Source of the DNA: Octopus sinensis
Taxonomy: Eukaryota
Assembly: GCF_006345805.1 (NCBI RefSeq)
Contig: NC_042998.1
Span: 185,628,001 to 185,692,000 of the forward strand
Length of the DNA: 64,000 bases
Reading direction: 5' to 3'
The translations under genes and the position numbers were made by a program. This document shows positions 13,412 to 25,218 of the stretch, piece after piece. A model generated the notes under the pieces. That model did not search any database, was not told the DNA's origin, and saw only the letters and a program-made list of their open reading frames with translations. Position 1 is the stretch's first letter; each line of letters starts with the position of its first letter.

Positions 13412-15044
13412 ATAAGTATTAGTTTGTTATGTAGGTACAAAGACATTTTGTTTTTCAGAGAATACAATATAGTTGGCTGAATTGATCTCAGTATACTGGT
13501 ACTTTTATTTATTGACCACAACAAGATTACCTCCCTGCTACTTTTGCCCTCTTGCCATCATTCCTTTAGACATGGTTTAAAAGTGTCATATTGGTAAAAA
13601 AAACTTTTACTGACTGTCCAGATTTGCTTTTTTTATTTATCCCAGTTCTAGTTACTGTCAATGGATTTCAGTACGTGATTACTACAATATATATATATGT
13701 GTTCATTTGTTTTGAATTCAATATTTCTTTTTAATCATGCACTTTACATTTTCCTTCAGTTAACTAAAGCAAGTAACATGAGATTATAGAATGTCAGGAT
13801 AGTTGAGTCAGAAGTGATGCATGGCTATAATTCAATCACTGAAACTCTTTTCAAACGTTATAATCATCTTAAAATTTGTTTTGTTAGATATCCTAGATAG
13901 TTTTAAAGGTGTTAATTTGGGCTGTGGATTTGGTCTTCCTCCAAAAATAATTGAACACATTTTTAAGCATAGCTGTTGTTCAACAAGTTAAACTCATACA
14001 AAACCAATGAAATAAAATCTTATACATTTATTAATGTTAGTGACAAAAAAAATGATTTTTAAAAATCCTAATCTATTTTTCAAGTAAGGAATTTCTTTAT
14101 TCCTGAGGTTTTCAAGAGAACAAAGCAACTGTTCATGTCAACATTTGCACAGCTTCACTGTCACAAGATGGAATATCAACTTTCACCCTCCATCTTGCAT
14201 ATATAAAATGTGCTTCCTGTAGTTTCCATCTACCATATTCTGTCACATGGTATTAGTCAGCCCTAGGCTATAGAAAACACCCAGGGTTCCACACTGGGAC
14301 CGAACTTGAAACCATGTGACTGAAAAGCAACCTTGTTAATCACATGGGGTACTGGTCAAGCTGTGCTTAAGGTAGGAGACATCTAAGGTATCAGACACTG
14401 GGTTTAAATCTGCAACCTTGTGGTTGGAAGTAAATTCCATGCTTGAACTTACAATGGATTTGATGAGTTAGAATTTAATATGTACACACAATCATCAGTT
14501 AAGCACTAAAATTTCTTTTTAGCTGAGTAACAATTTGCTCTTTCCATCTTTTTCTCTTTAATCCTTTTGATACTGACCAGCTTTTGACTGCCTATAATTC
14601 TGTGATATAAACAGTCATATTTATATTGGAAATTATCACAGAAGTTTTGTTAAGTGATGTTCCAAACACCGGCATAATAATAGATGTCTGTTACTGTATT
14701 AAACCTACCAAAATTTCTGATTAATTTAAAAATCAAAATACATTGACAACATGTTTTATTTGAAAAAATGGTCACAAAATGATTAATTTGTTTCTTCGTT
14801 ATGATCTCAATATTCTGTATGCATACATGGAGGTTTTCAAAATTCCTGTCTGTACCACTTGAAGGCCACCATGTGCTAATACTTTTCTAAACATTTTGTT
14901 TAGTTAATATTAAAAATACATAATATATTTCTGCCTTAAGATATTTTTCATTTGTTGTTTTTGTATGAATTTAACTTATTCTATAATTTATTTCATAAAT
15001 AAAAGGCAAAATAATGCAATTGCATAAATAATCTATATAGATTA

Positions 15045-15425
15045 GGCGCAGGAGTGGCTGTGTGGTAAGTAGCTTGCTAACCAACCACATGGTTGTGGGT
15101 TCAGTCCCACTGTGTGGCATCTTCGGCAAGTGTCTTCTGCTATAGCCCCGGGCCGACCAATGCCTTGTGAGTGGATTTGGTAGACGGAAACTGAAAGAAG
15201 CCTGTCGTATATATGTATATATATATGTGTGTCTGTGTTTGTCCCCCTAGCATTGCTTGATAACCGATGCTGGTGTGTTTACGTCCCCGTCACTTAGCGG
15301 TTCAGCAAAAGAGACCGATAGAATAAGTACTGGGCTTACAAAGAATAAGTCCTGGGGTCGATTTGCTCGACTAAAGGCGGTGCTCCAGCATGGCTGCAGT
15401 CAAATGGCGGAAACAAGTAAAAGAG
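15045..15425 (+). mobile_element. SINE family B
   Basis: ggcgcaggagtggctgtgtggtaag...gggttcagtccc head; ends gaaacaagtaaaagag. Confidence 0.85.
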
Positions 15426-16287
15426 ATGAAAATACCTATTGACTTTGAAGGAGGGTAAAAAGAATAAGCTGTGATGGTCATGTCTCTTTCAAAAACATTG
15501 CAATGTAAAATGAAATAGTTACAACTAGGAATCAACCAAATAGAGGAATTGAATTGCTAGGGGCCCTTTTCTCTGCTGTGAACTTCTGTTACACTGCTTA
15601 ATGTCCTAGGGAAAGACATGGTCACTACTTACTGTACTTGTATTTCTGGATGTTCAATTTACATACAATTGAAACACTGACAGGGCATCAAAGTATTAAG
15701 TAGCCAAGTTCCACAAATGTAGTACAGCTGGTAATGACCAATGTGTGACAAATATAGTTAGTTTATTATCCATCTTGTACTGTACACTGTTCGCTTAAAC
15801 TTATATTTTTTCTTCACCAATAATTTGAAAGAACACTGCCATTTTAAAATTAAAAATAATGAATTATGTAAATGCTTTTATCAGATTAACAAGGTATATT
15901 TGAATAAGAAATAAATACATTACTTAAAACATGGAAAATCTGCCTGTTATTTTCTATAGTCTTTCTGCCATGGGTTGTATTTAAACCCATGTCAGTTCTT
16001 ACCTAGCCGACCTATGATTAACCTTTTAGTATTCGGGTTACTCTGTCAAATGAAATATTTATTTATTCACATCTGTTTTCAATTAATCATGCATTGTCTT
16101 GTACCTTTGAGATTTCACTGATATGACTGTGGCATTGTAGGATAGGTGTGAGAGGATGGTTTGAACATGAAGCAGAATATTTTAAGAAGTTTGCTTCCCA
16201 GCCATATGGATCTGGGTTCAGTTTCACTGCCTGGCATGTAGGGCAAAGATTCGTTAGTGGAGACAGAAGCTGAAAGAAACCCATCGT

Positions 16288-16430
16288 GGCTGCACCTGGC
16301 CAGTCAGATCTGGCAGTGTTTCTACAGCTGGATGCCCTTCCTAATGCCAACTACACTCTCGGAGTGGTTGGCGTTAGGAAGGGCATCCAGCTGTAGAAAC
16401 ACTGCCAGATCTGACTGGCCTGGTGCAGCC
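16288..16430. repeat. 64-bp-arm hairpin (foldback of a family C copy)
   Basis: Arms 16288-16351 and 16367-16430 with 2 mismatches; 15-nt spacer. Confidence 0.92.
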
Positions 16431-16530
16431 TTCGGGCTTGCCAGACCCCAGTTGAACCGTCCAACCCATGCTAGCATGGAAAGCGAACGTTAAACGATGA
16501 TGATGATGATATATATATATATATATATCT

Positions 16531-16865
16531 GAGACCCCCTTTGGTCACGACACTGATCATGAGATTGCACCTAGAAAGTTACCCTCCCAGGCACAAGTCT
16601 GGGCAAGATTGTTTATGGAAGGCCAGCAGTCGCCTATGCATACTGGCCTCCGCTCTCCACCCCACCAGTGTTATCCAAGGGAAAGGCAACGGCAGATACA
16701 GTTTGGCGCCTGTGACATCACAACTCATTTCTACAGCTGAGTGAACTGGAACAACGTGAAATAAAGTGTCTTGCTCAAGAACACAACACGCAGCCCGGTC
16801 CGGGGTTCGAGCTCACAACCTCATGATCATAAGCTCGACGCTCTAACCACTGAGCCATGTGCCTT

Positions 16866-16867
<2 letters not shown>
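16531..16867 (-). mobile_element. tRNA-derived SINE family H, inserted in a (TA)n tract
   Basis: Minus-strand head tggctcagtggttagagcg...gagctcgaaccccgg; a related head lies at about 49800-50035 (+). Confidence 0.7.
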
Positions 16868-16916
<49 letters not shown>

Positions 16917-17196
16917 GTGTCTGTGCACTGCTTGACAACTGGTGTTGGTTTGTTTACATTCCAATAACTTAGCAGTTTGGCAAGAAGAAATTAATAGAAT
17001 AAGTATCAGGCTTAGAAAAAAAAAATACTGGGGTTGATTTGACTAAACCCTGCAAGTTAGTGCCCCAGTATGGCTGCAAGCTAATGACTGAAACAAATTT
17101 AAAAAATAGTTGGTCTAAATGTTAAACTATCTAACCATCAGATTTCTTTTCAAGGCAGTGTGTCAAAAAACTACATTATTGAATATGTCCTTTTAA

Positions 17197-17415
17197 CCCT
17201 TTTGTTACTGTATTTATTTTGAGATGCTCTGTGTTTCTTTCAATTATTTTAAATATAAAAAAAGAATTTAGTAAAATAACCTACTTATCATTAAGCTAGT
17301 GTTAGGAACATAAATTGTGACTAAGGTTTGGTGGAAGATTTTAATGAAAAACTTATGAAAACAAGACATTAATACAGAGCCAAAGCCGGTTTTGGCTGGG
17401 TTGGTAACGAAAGGG
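17197..17415. mobile_element. piggyBac-type MITE family G (uninterrupted)
   Basis: TTAA flanks and CCCTTT(T/C)GTTAC termini; inverted relative to the 4990 copy. Confidence 0.85.
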
Positions 17416-17591
17416 TTAAGACAGTCAATGCTTGGAGGAGATTTGGTCACTATATCTAGCAAGTCAAGTGGCCATATAGAGGAACACTTGTTAATTTGAA
17501 TTATTGTGTGTAGAGAGGTTTACTGGATTATTTCCCAGTTTTCACAATGCTTGACATGTCCAGAAACAGACAAATATGTCTCCTGCAAGCA

Positions 17592-18234
17592 AAGACTTAA
17601 TTGTAGTATTATAAGAAAGCTAACCTAACATTCACCTTACAGTCTCAGATACATAAGGAATGGGGAATGATCTTAATAGAAAGGTAAACCATTGCAACAG
17701 GTAATTCTAAGAATGTTTTGGAACTAATTACCAACCTTTTCAATAGTTTTGACTCAAAAACTATTGAAAAGGTTGTAAGATGCAACGAAAATTTTAGGGC
17801 AATAAAAATAAGAAAAAAGTGAAAATTTTACTGGTGAGTGTGTTATATTATAAGGCACAAAAAGAAAATGACTCTCCCCAGACACAACAGAATAGCAGAT
17901 TAAACAGTTCAAAATTATGCTTTACTAAAAAATTAAAAAACTGTAACAACTTGATCTTCAATTAGTATTAAAACTTATTTCATGAGTTTGTATTTTACTG
18001 ATGATATTTTATTTCAAGATCACTTAATTCTCATTACATTTAACTGGTAATTAGTTCCAAAACATTCTTAGAATTACCTGTTGCAATAGTTTACCTTTCT
18101 ATTAATAAGATCATTCCCCACTCCTTATGTATCTGAGACTGTAAGGTGAATGTTAGGTTAGCTTGCTTATAATACTACAATTAAGTCTTATAAGGCACAA
18201 AAAGAAAATGACTCTCCCCAGACTCAACAGAATA
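17592..18234. repeat. About 145-bp inverted duplication plus 47-bp direct duplication
   Basis: 17592-17733 is the reverse complement of 18045-18189; 17848-17894 is repeated at 18188-18234. Confidence 0.9.
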
Positions 18235-18304
18235 TGCTTCAACACACGAACTCATATAAAGAATCTTGCAAACCAAATCCAAAAACGAAATAATCTGCTA
18301 TTCT

Positions 18305-18622
18305 TTTATTTGTTTCAATCATTTGACTGTAGCCATGCTGGAGCACCACTTTGAAGGGTTTTGGTTGAACAAATCAACCCCAAGACTTATTCTATCAGTT
18401 TCTTTTGCTGAACCACCAAGTTACAGGGACGTAAACACACCAACACCAATTGTCAAGCAGTGATGGGGGCACAAATACAAAGACACGCATATGTATATAT
18501 ACATACATACAAGTAGCATGCTTCTTTCAGTTTCCATCTACCAAATCCACTCACAAGGCTTTGGCTGGCCTGAGGCTATAGTCGAAGACAGTTGCCGAAG
18601 GTGCCACACAGTGGGACTGAAG
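18305..18622 (-). mobile_element. SINE family B (diverged, 5'-truncated)
   Basis: Similarity to the family B body and tail. Confidence 0.7.
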
Positions 18623-20329
18623 TCCTATTGCATATCTACACATGTGCACATTGGAGTGAATTGATGCCGGGTTCCCAAGAAAAATAGTTCAAGTACTACA
18701 TATCAATTGTTTTCCTTCAGTAATTTCTTCCAGTTCTAAAAGAGGAAGTTCACAGCATGAAAAATTTCTGTACTCAATACTGGTCAGTCTATTTTGGTCA
18801 CCATACTAAAGCAATCAACCTTTTAAATCCAATACTGCATCAGGATAGATCATCATTAATATCATTTTTTTCTTTTTTTGCGATTCAAAAATATTTGGCT
18901 TTCTCAAAGTATATCTATTCAAACTAACGAATGTTAATTGCTAAAACAAACTTTTACAGCATGTAAAAGTTGGTTTGTGTATTCAATGCTAACCTAGGCT
19001 TATGTACATATAAATAACTCCCAATAAAAAATAAATCTTGAAATATTGGAGATGGGAACCTAGAAAAATAATCAACAAATCTTGAGATTGTTTATTAGTA
19101 CCATGAGTTAGTAGCCTTATCCATACCCATTTAGTTATTTCACTTTGTAACAATGCCGCCTTACTGGCTCCCATGCCGGTGGCATATAAAAAACACCATT
19201 CAAACATGGTCAATGCCTGTGCTGTTAGCACATAAAAAGCACCCACTACACTCTCGGAGTGGTTGGCGTTAGGAAGGGCATCTGGCCATAGAAACTTCGT
19301 CAGATCGGAATGGAACCTGGTGCAGCCTTCTGGCTTGCCAGCCCTCGGGTCAAACCGTCCAACCCATGCCAGCATGGAAAGCGGATGTTAAATGACAATG
19401 ATGATGATATGTAAGGTGCAAACATGAGTGTGTGATTAAGAAGTTCGCTTTTCAACCATGTAGTTTCAGGTTCAGTCCCATTGCATGGCACCTTGGGCAA
19501 GTGACTTCTACTATAGTCCTGGGCTTACAAATTCTTTGTGAGTAAAGTTGATAGATGGAAACCAAGGAAGCCTATCATATCATCATCATCATCATCATTT
19601 AGCGTCCGCTTTCCATGCTAGCATGGGTTGGACGGTTCAACTGGGGTCTGTGAAGCCAGAAGGCTGCATCAGGCCCAGTCTGATCTGGCAGTGTTTCTAC
19701 GGCTGGATGCCCTTCCTAACGCCAACCACAACGTGAGTGTAGTGGGTGCTTTTTACGTGCCACCCGCACAGGTGCCAGACGGAGCTGGCAAACGGCCACG
19801 GACAGATGGTGCTTTTTACGTGCCACCGGCACGGGGGCCAGGCGAGGCTGGCAACGGCCACGAACGGATGGTGCTGTGTCTGTATCTTTGTTTTTCACCA
19901 CTACTTGGCAATTAGTGTTGAGACAGAATAAGTACCAAACTTCTAAAAACAATGCTGGGGTCGATTTCTTTTGGCTAAACCCATCAAGACAGTACCTCAT
20001 CATGGCTGTAGTCCAGTGACTGAAACAAGTAAAAGAAAGAACAAATCTCCACTCTCTTATACATTAGCAAAAACCAAATAGTATCCAATCAGTTGAAAAG
20101 TTTGGATGCAAGAGTTTTTAGCTTTGTTCCTCACGAACGTACAATAAACATAAGAGTGGTCATGTGATGGATTATAGATTTAATGTGATACTGAAGTAAT
20201 AAGAGATCATAACAATGGGTTTAATACTGGAAGTGAATGGCATTGCATGTATGGTAGTGACAATTATTTTACAACTCTCATGAAATACAAAGACAAGGAG
20301 ACAAACATACACACACACACATATATATA

Positions 20330-20540
20330 TTTCTTTACTACCCACAAGGGGCTAAACAAGGACAAAGGGATTAAGTCGATTACATCGACCCCAGTGCGTA
20401 ACTGGTACTTTATTTATCGACCCCGAAAAGATGAAAGGCAAAGTCGACCTTGGCGGAATTTGAACTCAGAATGTAGTAGCAGACAAAATACCGCTAAGCA
20501 TTTCGCCTGGCGTGCTAACGATTCTGCCAGCTCACCGCCT
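20330..20540 (-). mobile_element. tRNA-derived SINE family D
   Basis: ggcggtgagctggcagaatcgttagcacgcc...gagttcaaattccgcc head. Other copies at about 29483-29712 (-), 44705-44920 (+), 55275-55490 (+) and 56110-56330 (+). Confidence 0.8.
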
Positions 20541-20627
20541 TATTTATTTTATTTTATATATATATATATATATATATATTATTGGTGAATTGAAGAAATG
20601 GAGCTGAACGCAGATTGAACAGAAATC

Positions 20628-20725
20628 GTTTTATTTCATTCTACACGTGTTTCGAAAGGCACAAATTACCAAAATCCGATTGAATAATGGGACCATATTG
20701 TGTCTTTCTCTTCAGGAAGAAAAAA
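20628..20725 (-). ncRNA. Type I hammerhead ribozyme, copy 1
   Basis: Minus strand: UUUUUUCUUC-CUGAAGA-GAAAGACACAA..loop..UUGUGCCUUUC-GAAA-C-ACGU-G-UA/GAAUGAAA. Intact core, 10/11-bp stem II, palindromic stem III (ACACGUGU), GUA cleavage triplet at 20644-20642. Confidence 0.8.
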
Positions 20726-21186
20726 GGAAATCCGTTAGAGAAACAAAAACAGAACAGAGGCGGAGCAAAAACCAAATCGAACTATGCTCCTAAGAGCCCA
20801 TGGCGAAACTGTTTATCAGTGTATGCTGAGAACCGGTGGCTGAAGAATTCTACAGGTCAGGCATCGGTCAATCATGTGGGTGAGGGTGTATAGATGTTCT
20901 TAGTGACCGAGAATAAAGTTCTGACTATTTAAGGAATATTGGATGTTTTATAAGGGGCGAGAAAAAATCTACTTAGAGACGTGTGTGTGTGTATACTGTT
21001 CTATATATGTTCTATATTTGTTTACTGCTGTGATTTTTGCTACTAAGGTATCGGTTAACTTTTGATTAATCTACAACAAGATTATTCATCTTTCTATTTC
21101 ACATAATATATATATATATATTATATATATATATATATTATTGGTGAATTGAAGAAATGGAGCTGAACGCAGATTGAACAGAAATC

Positions 21187-21284
21187 GTTTTATTTCATTC
21201 TACACGTGTTTCGAAAGGCACAAATTACCAAAATCCGATTGAATAATGGGACCATATTGTGTCTTTCTCTTCAGGAAGAAAAAA
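21187..21284 (-). ncRNA. Type I hammerhead ribozyme, copy 2
   Basis: Same motif as copy 1, offset by 559 bp; cleavage triplet at 21203-21201. Confidence 0.8.
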
Positions 21285-21661
21285 GGAAATCCGTTAGAGA
21301 AACAAAAACAGAACAGAGGCGGAGCAAAAACCAAATCGAACTATGCTCCTAAGAGCCCATGGCGAAACTGTTTATCAGTGTATGCTGAGAACCGGTGGCT
21401 GAAGAATTCTACAGGTCAGGCATCGGTCAATCATGTGGGTGAGGGTGTATAGATGTTCTTAGTGACCGAGAATAAAGTTCTGACTATTTAAGGAATATTG
21501 GATGTTTTATAAGGGGCGAGAAAAAATCTACTTAGAGACGTGTGTGTGTGTATACTGTTCTATATATGTTCTATATTTGTTTACTGCTGTGATTTTTGCT
21601 ACTAAGGTATCGGTTAACTTTTGATTAATCTACAACAAGATTATTCATCTTTCTATTTCAC

Positions 21662-21699
<38 letters not shown>

Positions 21700-22476
21700 C
21701 ATACACACACACACATGATGGGCTTTTAGTTTGTCTACCAAATCCACTCACAAAGCTTTGGTTGGCCTCGTCCAAGTGCCAGATGATGGGTCTGAACCTG
21801 GAATCATGTTGCTCGGTAAATTTCTCAACGCACAGCCACGACTGCACCTGGATGTTGAATTCAAATTCCATACTTTTAAAAGAACAGCCTCTCTCTCTCT
21901 CTCATCATCAGCGTTTAACGTCCGTTTTCCATGCTAGCATGGGTTGGACGGTTCGACCGGGGTCAGGGAAGCCAGGAGGCTGCACCAGGCTCCAGTCTGA
22001 TCTGGTTGTTTCTACAGCTGGATGCCCTTCCTAACACCAACCACTCCGTGAGTGTAGTGGGTGCTTTTTACGTTCCAGAGGAGGCTGGCAACAGCCACGT
22101 CTGGCGGCGCGTGCATGGTTTCTCTCTCTCTCTCTATATATACATATATATATACACACACACACACACACAGTTCAACAATACCATGCTGATGATTATT
22201 ACATAGTTTGTGTTCTGTCACCAAACTTCTTGCATCAGTAGAAAAGATTTAAATCACACAATATAATTAACTTACCACTGTAAATAATAGTACAAACATT
22301 TATAGATGGTCTGTTAGCTTTCTTCTAAATTCAGCTTCATCCATGGAAATAGTTTAGATCAAGTGACTTATTCTAAAAATACTATATGAAGATTTCCTAT
22401 CAAACCTAAATAAAAGTTAGCATAATTAATGAAATATGAATAAAATTGATAAATAATGAAGCTTTTTATGATACAA

Positions 22477-22835
22477 CTAGCACTATGACCCGGCAATGCA
22501 TGCATATACAGCTGTGTGCGTGCACACATATATGCGAGTACTGTCCAAATCTCCGACCAATCACATACAGCTAGTTGGCATTCAATTGGTGTACCAAGTT
22601 TCAGGCATTTTACCAAGTTTCAGGGTTTTGGATAGAAAATTCACAAAAAAGTCACTTCTATTGATTTTTTAATGGCCTTGTGGGGTGACTGGGGAAATGT
22701 AAAGATATTGCACAACCACCCTTGGACGGTTTTGAATGACCATAGAAAGTGCGAGCCCTCTAACTGAAAAATTTTGGATTTGTATAAAGGACACACACAC
22801 ACAGACAGACATTTTGCCAATTATATATATAGAGA
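22477..22835 (-). mobile_element. Non-autonomous Helitron
   Basis: Minus strand A|TCTCTATATATATAA...(TG)n...GCCGGGTCATAGTGCTAG|T: 5'-TC, 3'-CTAG, inserted between A and T with no TSD. Confidence 0.72.
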
Positions 22836-24039
22836 TACACATAACACTAATTAGAAATGTCTATCAGTTTTGAATAGATTTCAGAACAGCTGTTTTATAA
22901 CAAACAGTTCAAGATCAGACAGAAAGTCAAATGGCCTGGGCCAATACTAGCTGAAACCTATCAAAGTAAGGCATGGACTTAACTCACATTATTATTATTA
23001 ACAACAATGGTTCCTAATTCAGGCATAAAGTCACCAATTTTAAGTGATGAGTGTTAATTCAGTACTTGTTTGGTAACCATATTTTATTAGTCCTGAAAAG
23101 TGAAAGGCAAAGTTGACTCTGGTGGAATTTGAACTTGGAATGTAGAGATGAACAAATGGCACAAGGCATTTGTCTCATGTGCTAATGATTCTGTCAAACC
23201 AAATAATAATCATTGTTATAATTAGGTACAAGGCCAGCAATTTCAAGGGGAAAGGTACCATTGACTCCAGTACTTGACAGGTACTTTATTTTATTGATCC
23301 CGAAAGGATTAAAAAGTGAAGTTGATCTCAGAGGGGTTTGAAATAAGAATGTAAGACCTAGAACAAATACTGTAAGGCATTTTGTCTGGTGTACCGACAA
23401 GTCCACCAATTCAAATAATAATAAAACACAAACACAAAAGAGGGGGCGGAAAAGTGACGTTTGAGATCTATACTATCACGGTGCTTAGTTAACCCTTTAG
23501 CATTCAGATTATTCTGTTAAATGTGAGGCTTATTTATTCACATTTCTCTGAATTAGTTAGTTAGTTAGTTAATTTGGCTCAAAAGCAAATAGCAAGGCCA
23601 TGTAGGGGGACATGGAGTTAAGTACAGGGTGGTGTTCATGTAAAGAGTTCAGGCCACTTGAGGTCCAGGGAGGCTTTGAACAAAGCGGTCGTCGGCATTT
23701 TCACCATCTCGTCTCATGTTTTATTTCATAGATTTGGAATTACCATACGATTGTTTATTTTTAGAATGACATTGTAGGGCAGGTGTGATAGGTTGGATCT
23801 ATCCAGTTTGAACATAAAACAGAAACAATATTTTGGCCGGATACAGCTGGTTTAAATACAAAAGAGTTAAATGAGAAAATCTCATTAAAAGAATAAATCT
23901 GAAATAAAACAAAAAGCAAGCAAAAAAAAAACATGAAAGAAAACTCAAGACATAACTTTGTAGAAAGGATTCATATATTACAAAGCAAATACAGAGACGT
24001 TGGCCTGGAATGAAATAGAAATTCTAAAATAATTTGTTC

Positions 24040-25218
24040 CTATCTTCTGTTTTGTCGACCTGTTATTCTTACTGTGGCTAGGCCAGGATTTGCGTTTGCA
24101 TTCATCTTATTTTGAACTGGCGGTAAAGTATTTCGAGGTAGTGGCAGGCGGCTTGGGCTTGTGGTTCCCGGAGGAGGGGGTGCTGAATACCCAGCGGGGG
24201 GAGGGTAATGTGGTGGTGGTGGCTGCTGGTACAAGTTAGCTGAAGGCTTTCCTGGAGTTATTTGTGGCTTATAAGCAGCTGGTGAATCAGCGTAAGGTTG
24301 GGTCGGCGGGGGTGGGTAGTTGGGTTGATAGTTGGTCTGTAAGGGAGGAGGGTAGTTAGGGGTTTGGTAATTGCCACCGAGATTGGGCGGCGGTGGTGGA
24401 GGTGGTGGGCCACTTGTGGGAGGCACTGCTGTAGCACCCTGTGGAGGATATGTACCAGGTGGAGCAGGGGGAGGGTATTGATACAAATTAGCATTTTGCG
24501 GAGGCAAGGTTCCTGGTGGTGGATAGGGTCTGGTTGTGGGAGTAAAGGCAGCTGCTGGTTGCGGAGGGAATGGTGGAACTTGGTAAGTTCCAGCTGGTGG
24601 GGGTGGAGGTGGATACTGTGATGCTGGAGGGTTAACCGAACCAGACTGAATATCAGCTACTTGCGATGGCCGGCTTTGGCTGATTAAGGACTGAATAGAC
24701 TGTGCTCCCTCGTGTGACATGAAAGAGGAAGAATACATTTGTGATGTCATATATGGGTTGTACTGGGAAAAGTTTTCACTGTTGACATTTTGGTTATCAT
24801 TCACAGGGATCAGTGAACCTGAAGGCTGGTTCACAATATTTTGACCTGTAATGGCTCCAATTGGTTGACCGATATTTTGTCCAGGTAACTGTTGTGATAG
24901 GTTTGGATTTTGCTGTTGAGAGGGTTGTGGCTGTAGTGGCAGGTTCTGTGATGTAGACTGAACTGTTATTGATGCTACAGATTTGGAAAATCCAGATGAA
25001 GGTGTATTAGAAGACACGGGGGAGGTCTTGGAGCTTGAACAAGAAGTAGATTGCTGCTGCTGTTGTTGTTGTTGTAGCTGTGATTGCTGAGCTGAGCTAC
25101 GTTTGTTGTTGTTGTCGTCGTTGACTGGCATCTCAGAGGAGGATGATGATGAAGAAGAAGCATCATTTCTTAAACTCCTGCTTTGTTTTGCAGGGGGTTC
25201 TGATGGAGATGGAGGTGT
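24040..25218 (-). CDS. CCNK: Cyclin K terminal exon, Gln/Pro-rich low-complexity tail
   Basis: Acceptor ttatttcctgccag| in phase 0; 392 codons of S/Q/P-rich sequence, consistent with the proline-rich C-terminus of metazoan cyclin K. Confidence 0.88.
   Translation of the reverse strand, partial: TPPSPSEPPAKQSRSLRNDASSSSSSSSEMPVNDDNNNKRSSAQQSQLQQQQQQQQSTSCSSSKTSPVSSNTPSSGFSKSVASITVQSTSQNLPLQPQPSQQQNPNLSQQLPGQNIGQPIGAITGQNIVNQPSGSLIPVNDNQNVNSENFSQYNPYMTSQMYSSSFMSHEGAQSIQSLISQSRPSQVADIQSGSVNPPASQYPPPPPPAGTYQVPPFPPQPAAAFTPTTRPYPPPGTLPPQNANLYQYPPPAPPGTYPPQGATAVPPTSGPPPPPPPPNLGGNYQTPNYPPPLQTNYQPNYPPPPTQPYADSPAAYKPQITPGKPSANLYQQPPPPHYPPPAGYSAPPPPGTTSPSRLPLPRNTLPPVQNKMNANANPGLATVRITGRQNRR

Larger units (their letters stand above)
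20579..21665. repeat. Tandem duplication, 559-bp period, units separated and flanked by (TA)n; Penelope-like/retrozyme repeat
   Basis: Two apparently identical units (identical 68-aa ORFs at 20687 and 21246); TA tracts at about 20556-20579, 21105-21137 and 21665-21695. Confidence 0.9.

Noticed and set aside
19740-19875. Repeat-spacer pattern resembling a CRISPR array
   Set aside because: Eukaryotic context, no cas genes, only 2-4 degenerate units, and it is part of a dispersed LINE tail.
20687-21452. Duplicated 68-aa ORF
   Set aside because: No recognisable motif; it lies antisense to the ribozyme and is a by-product of the tandem repeat.
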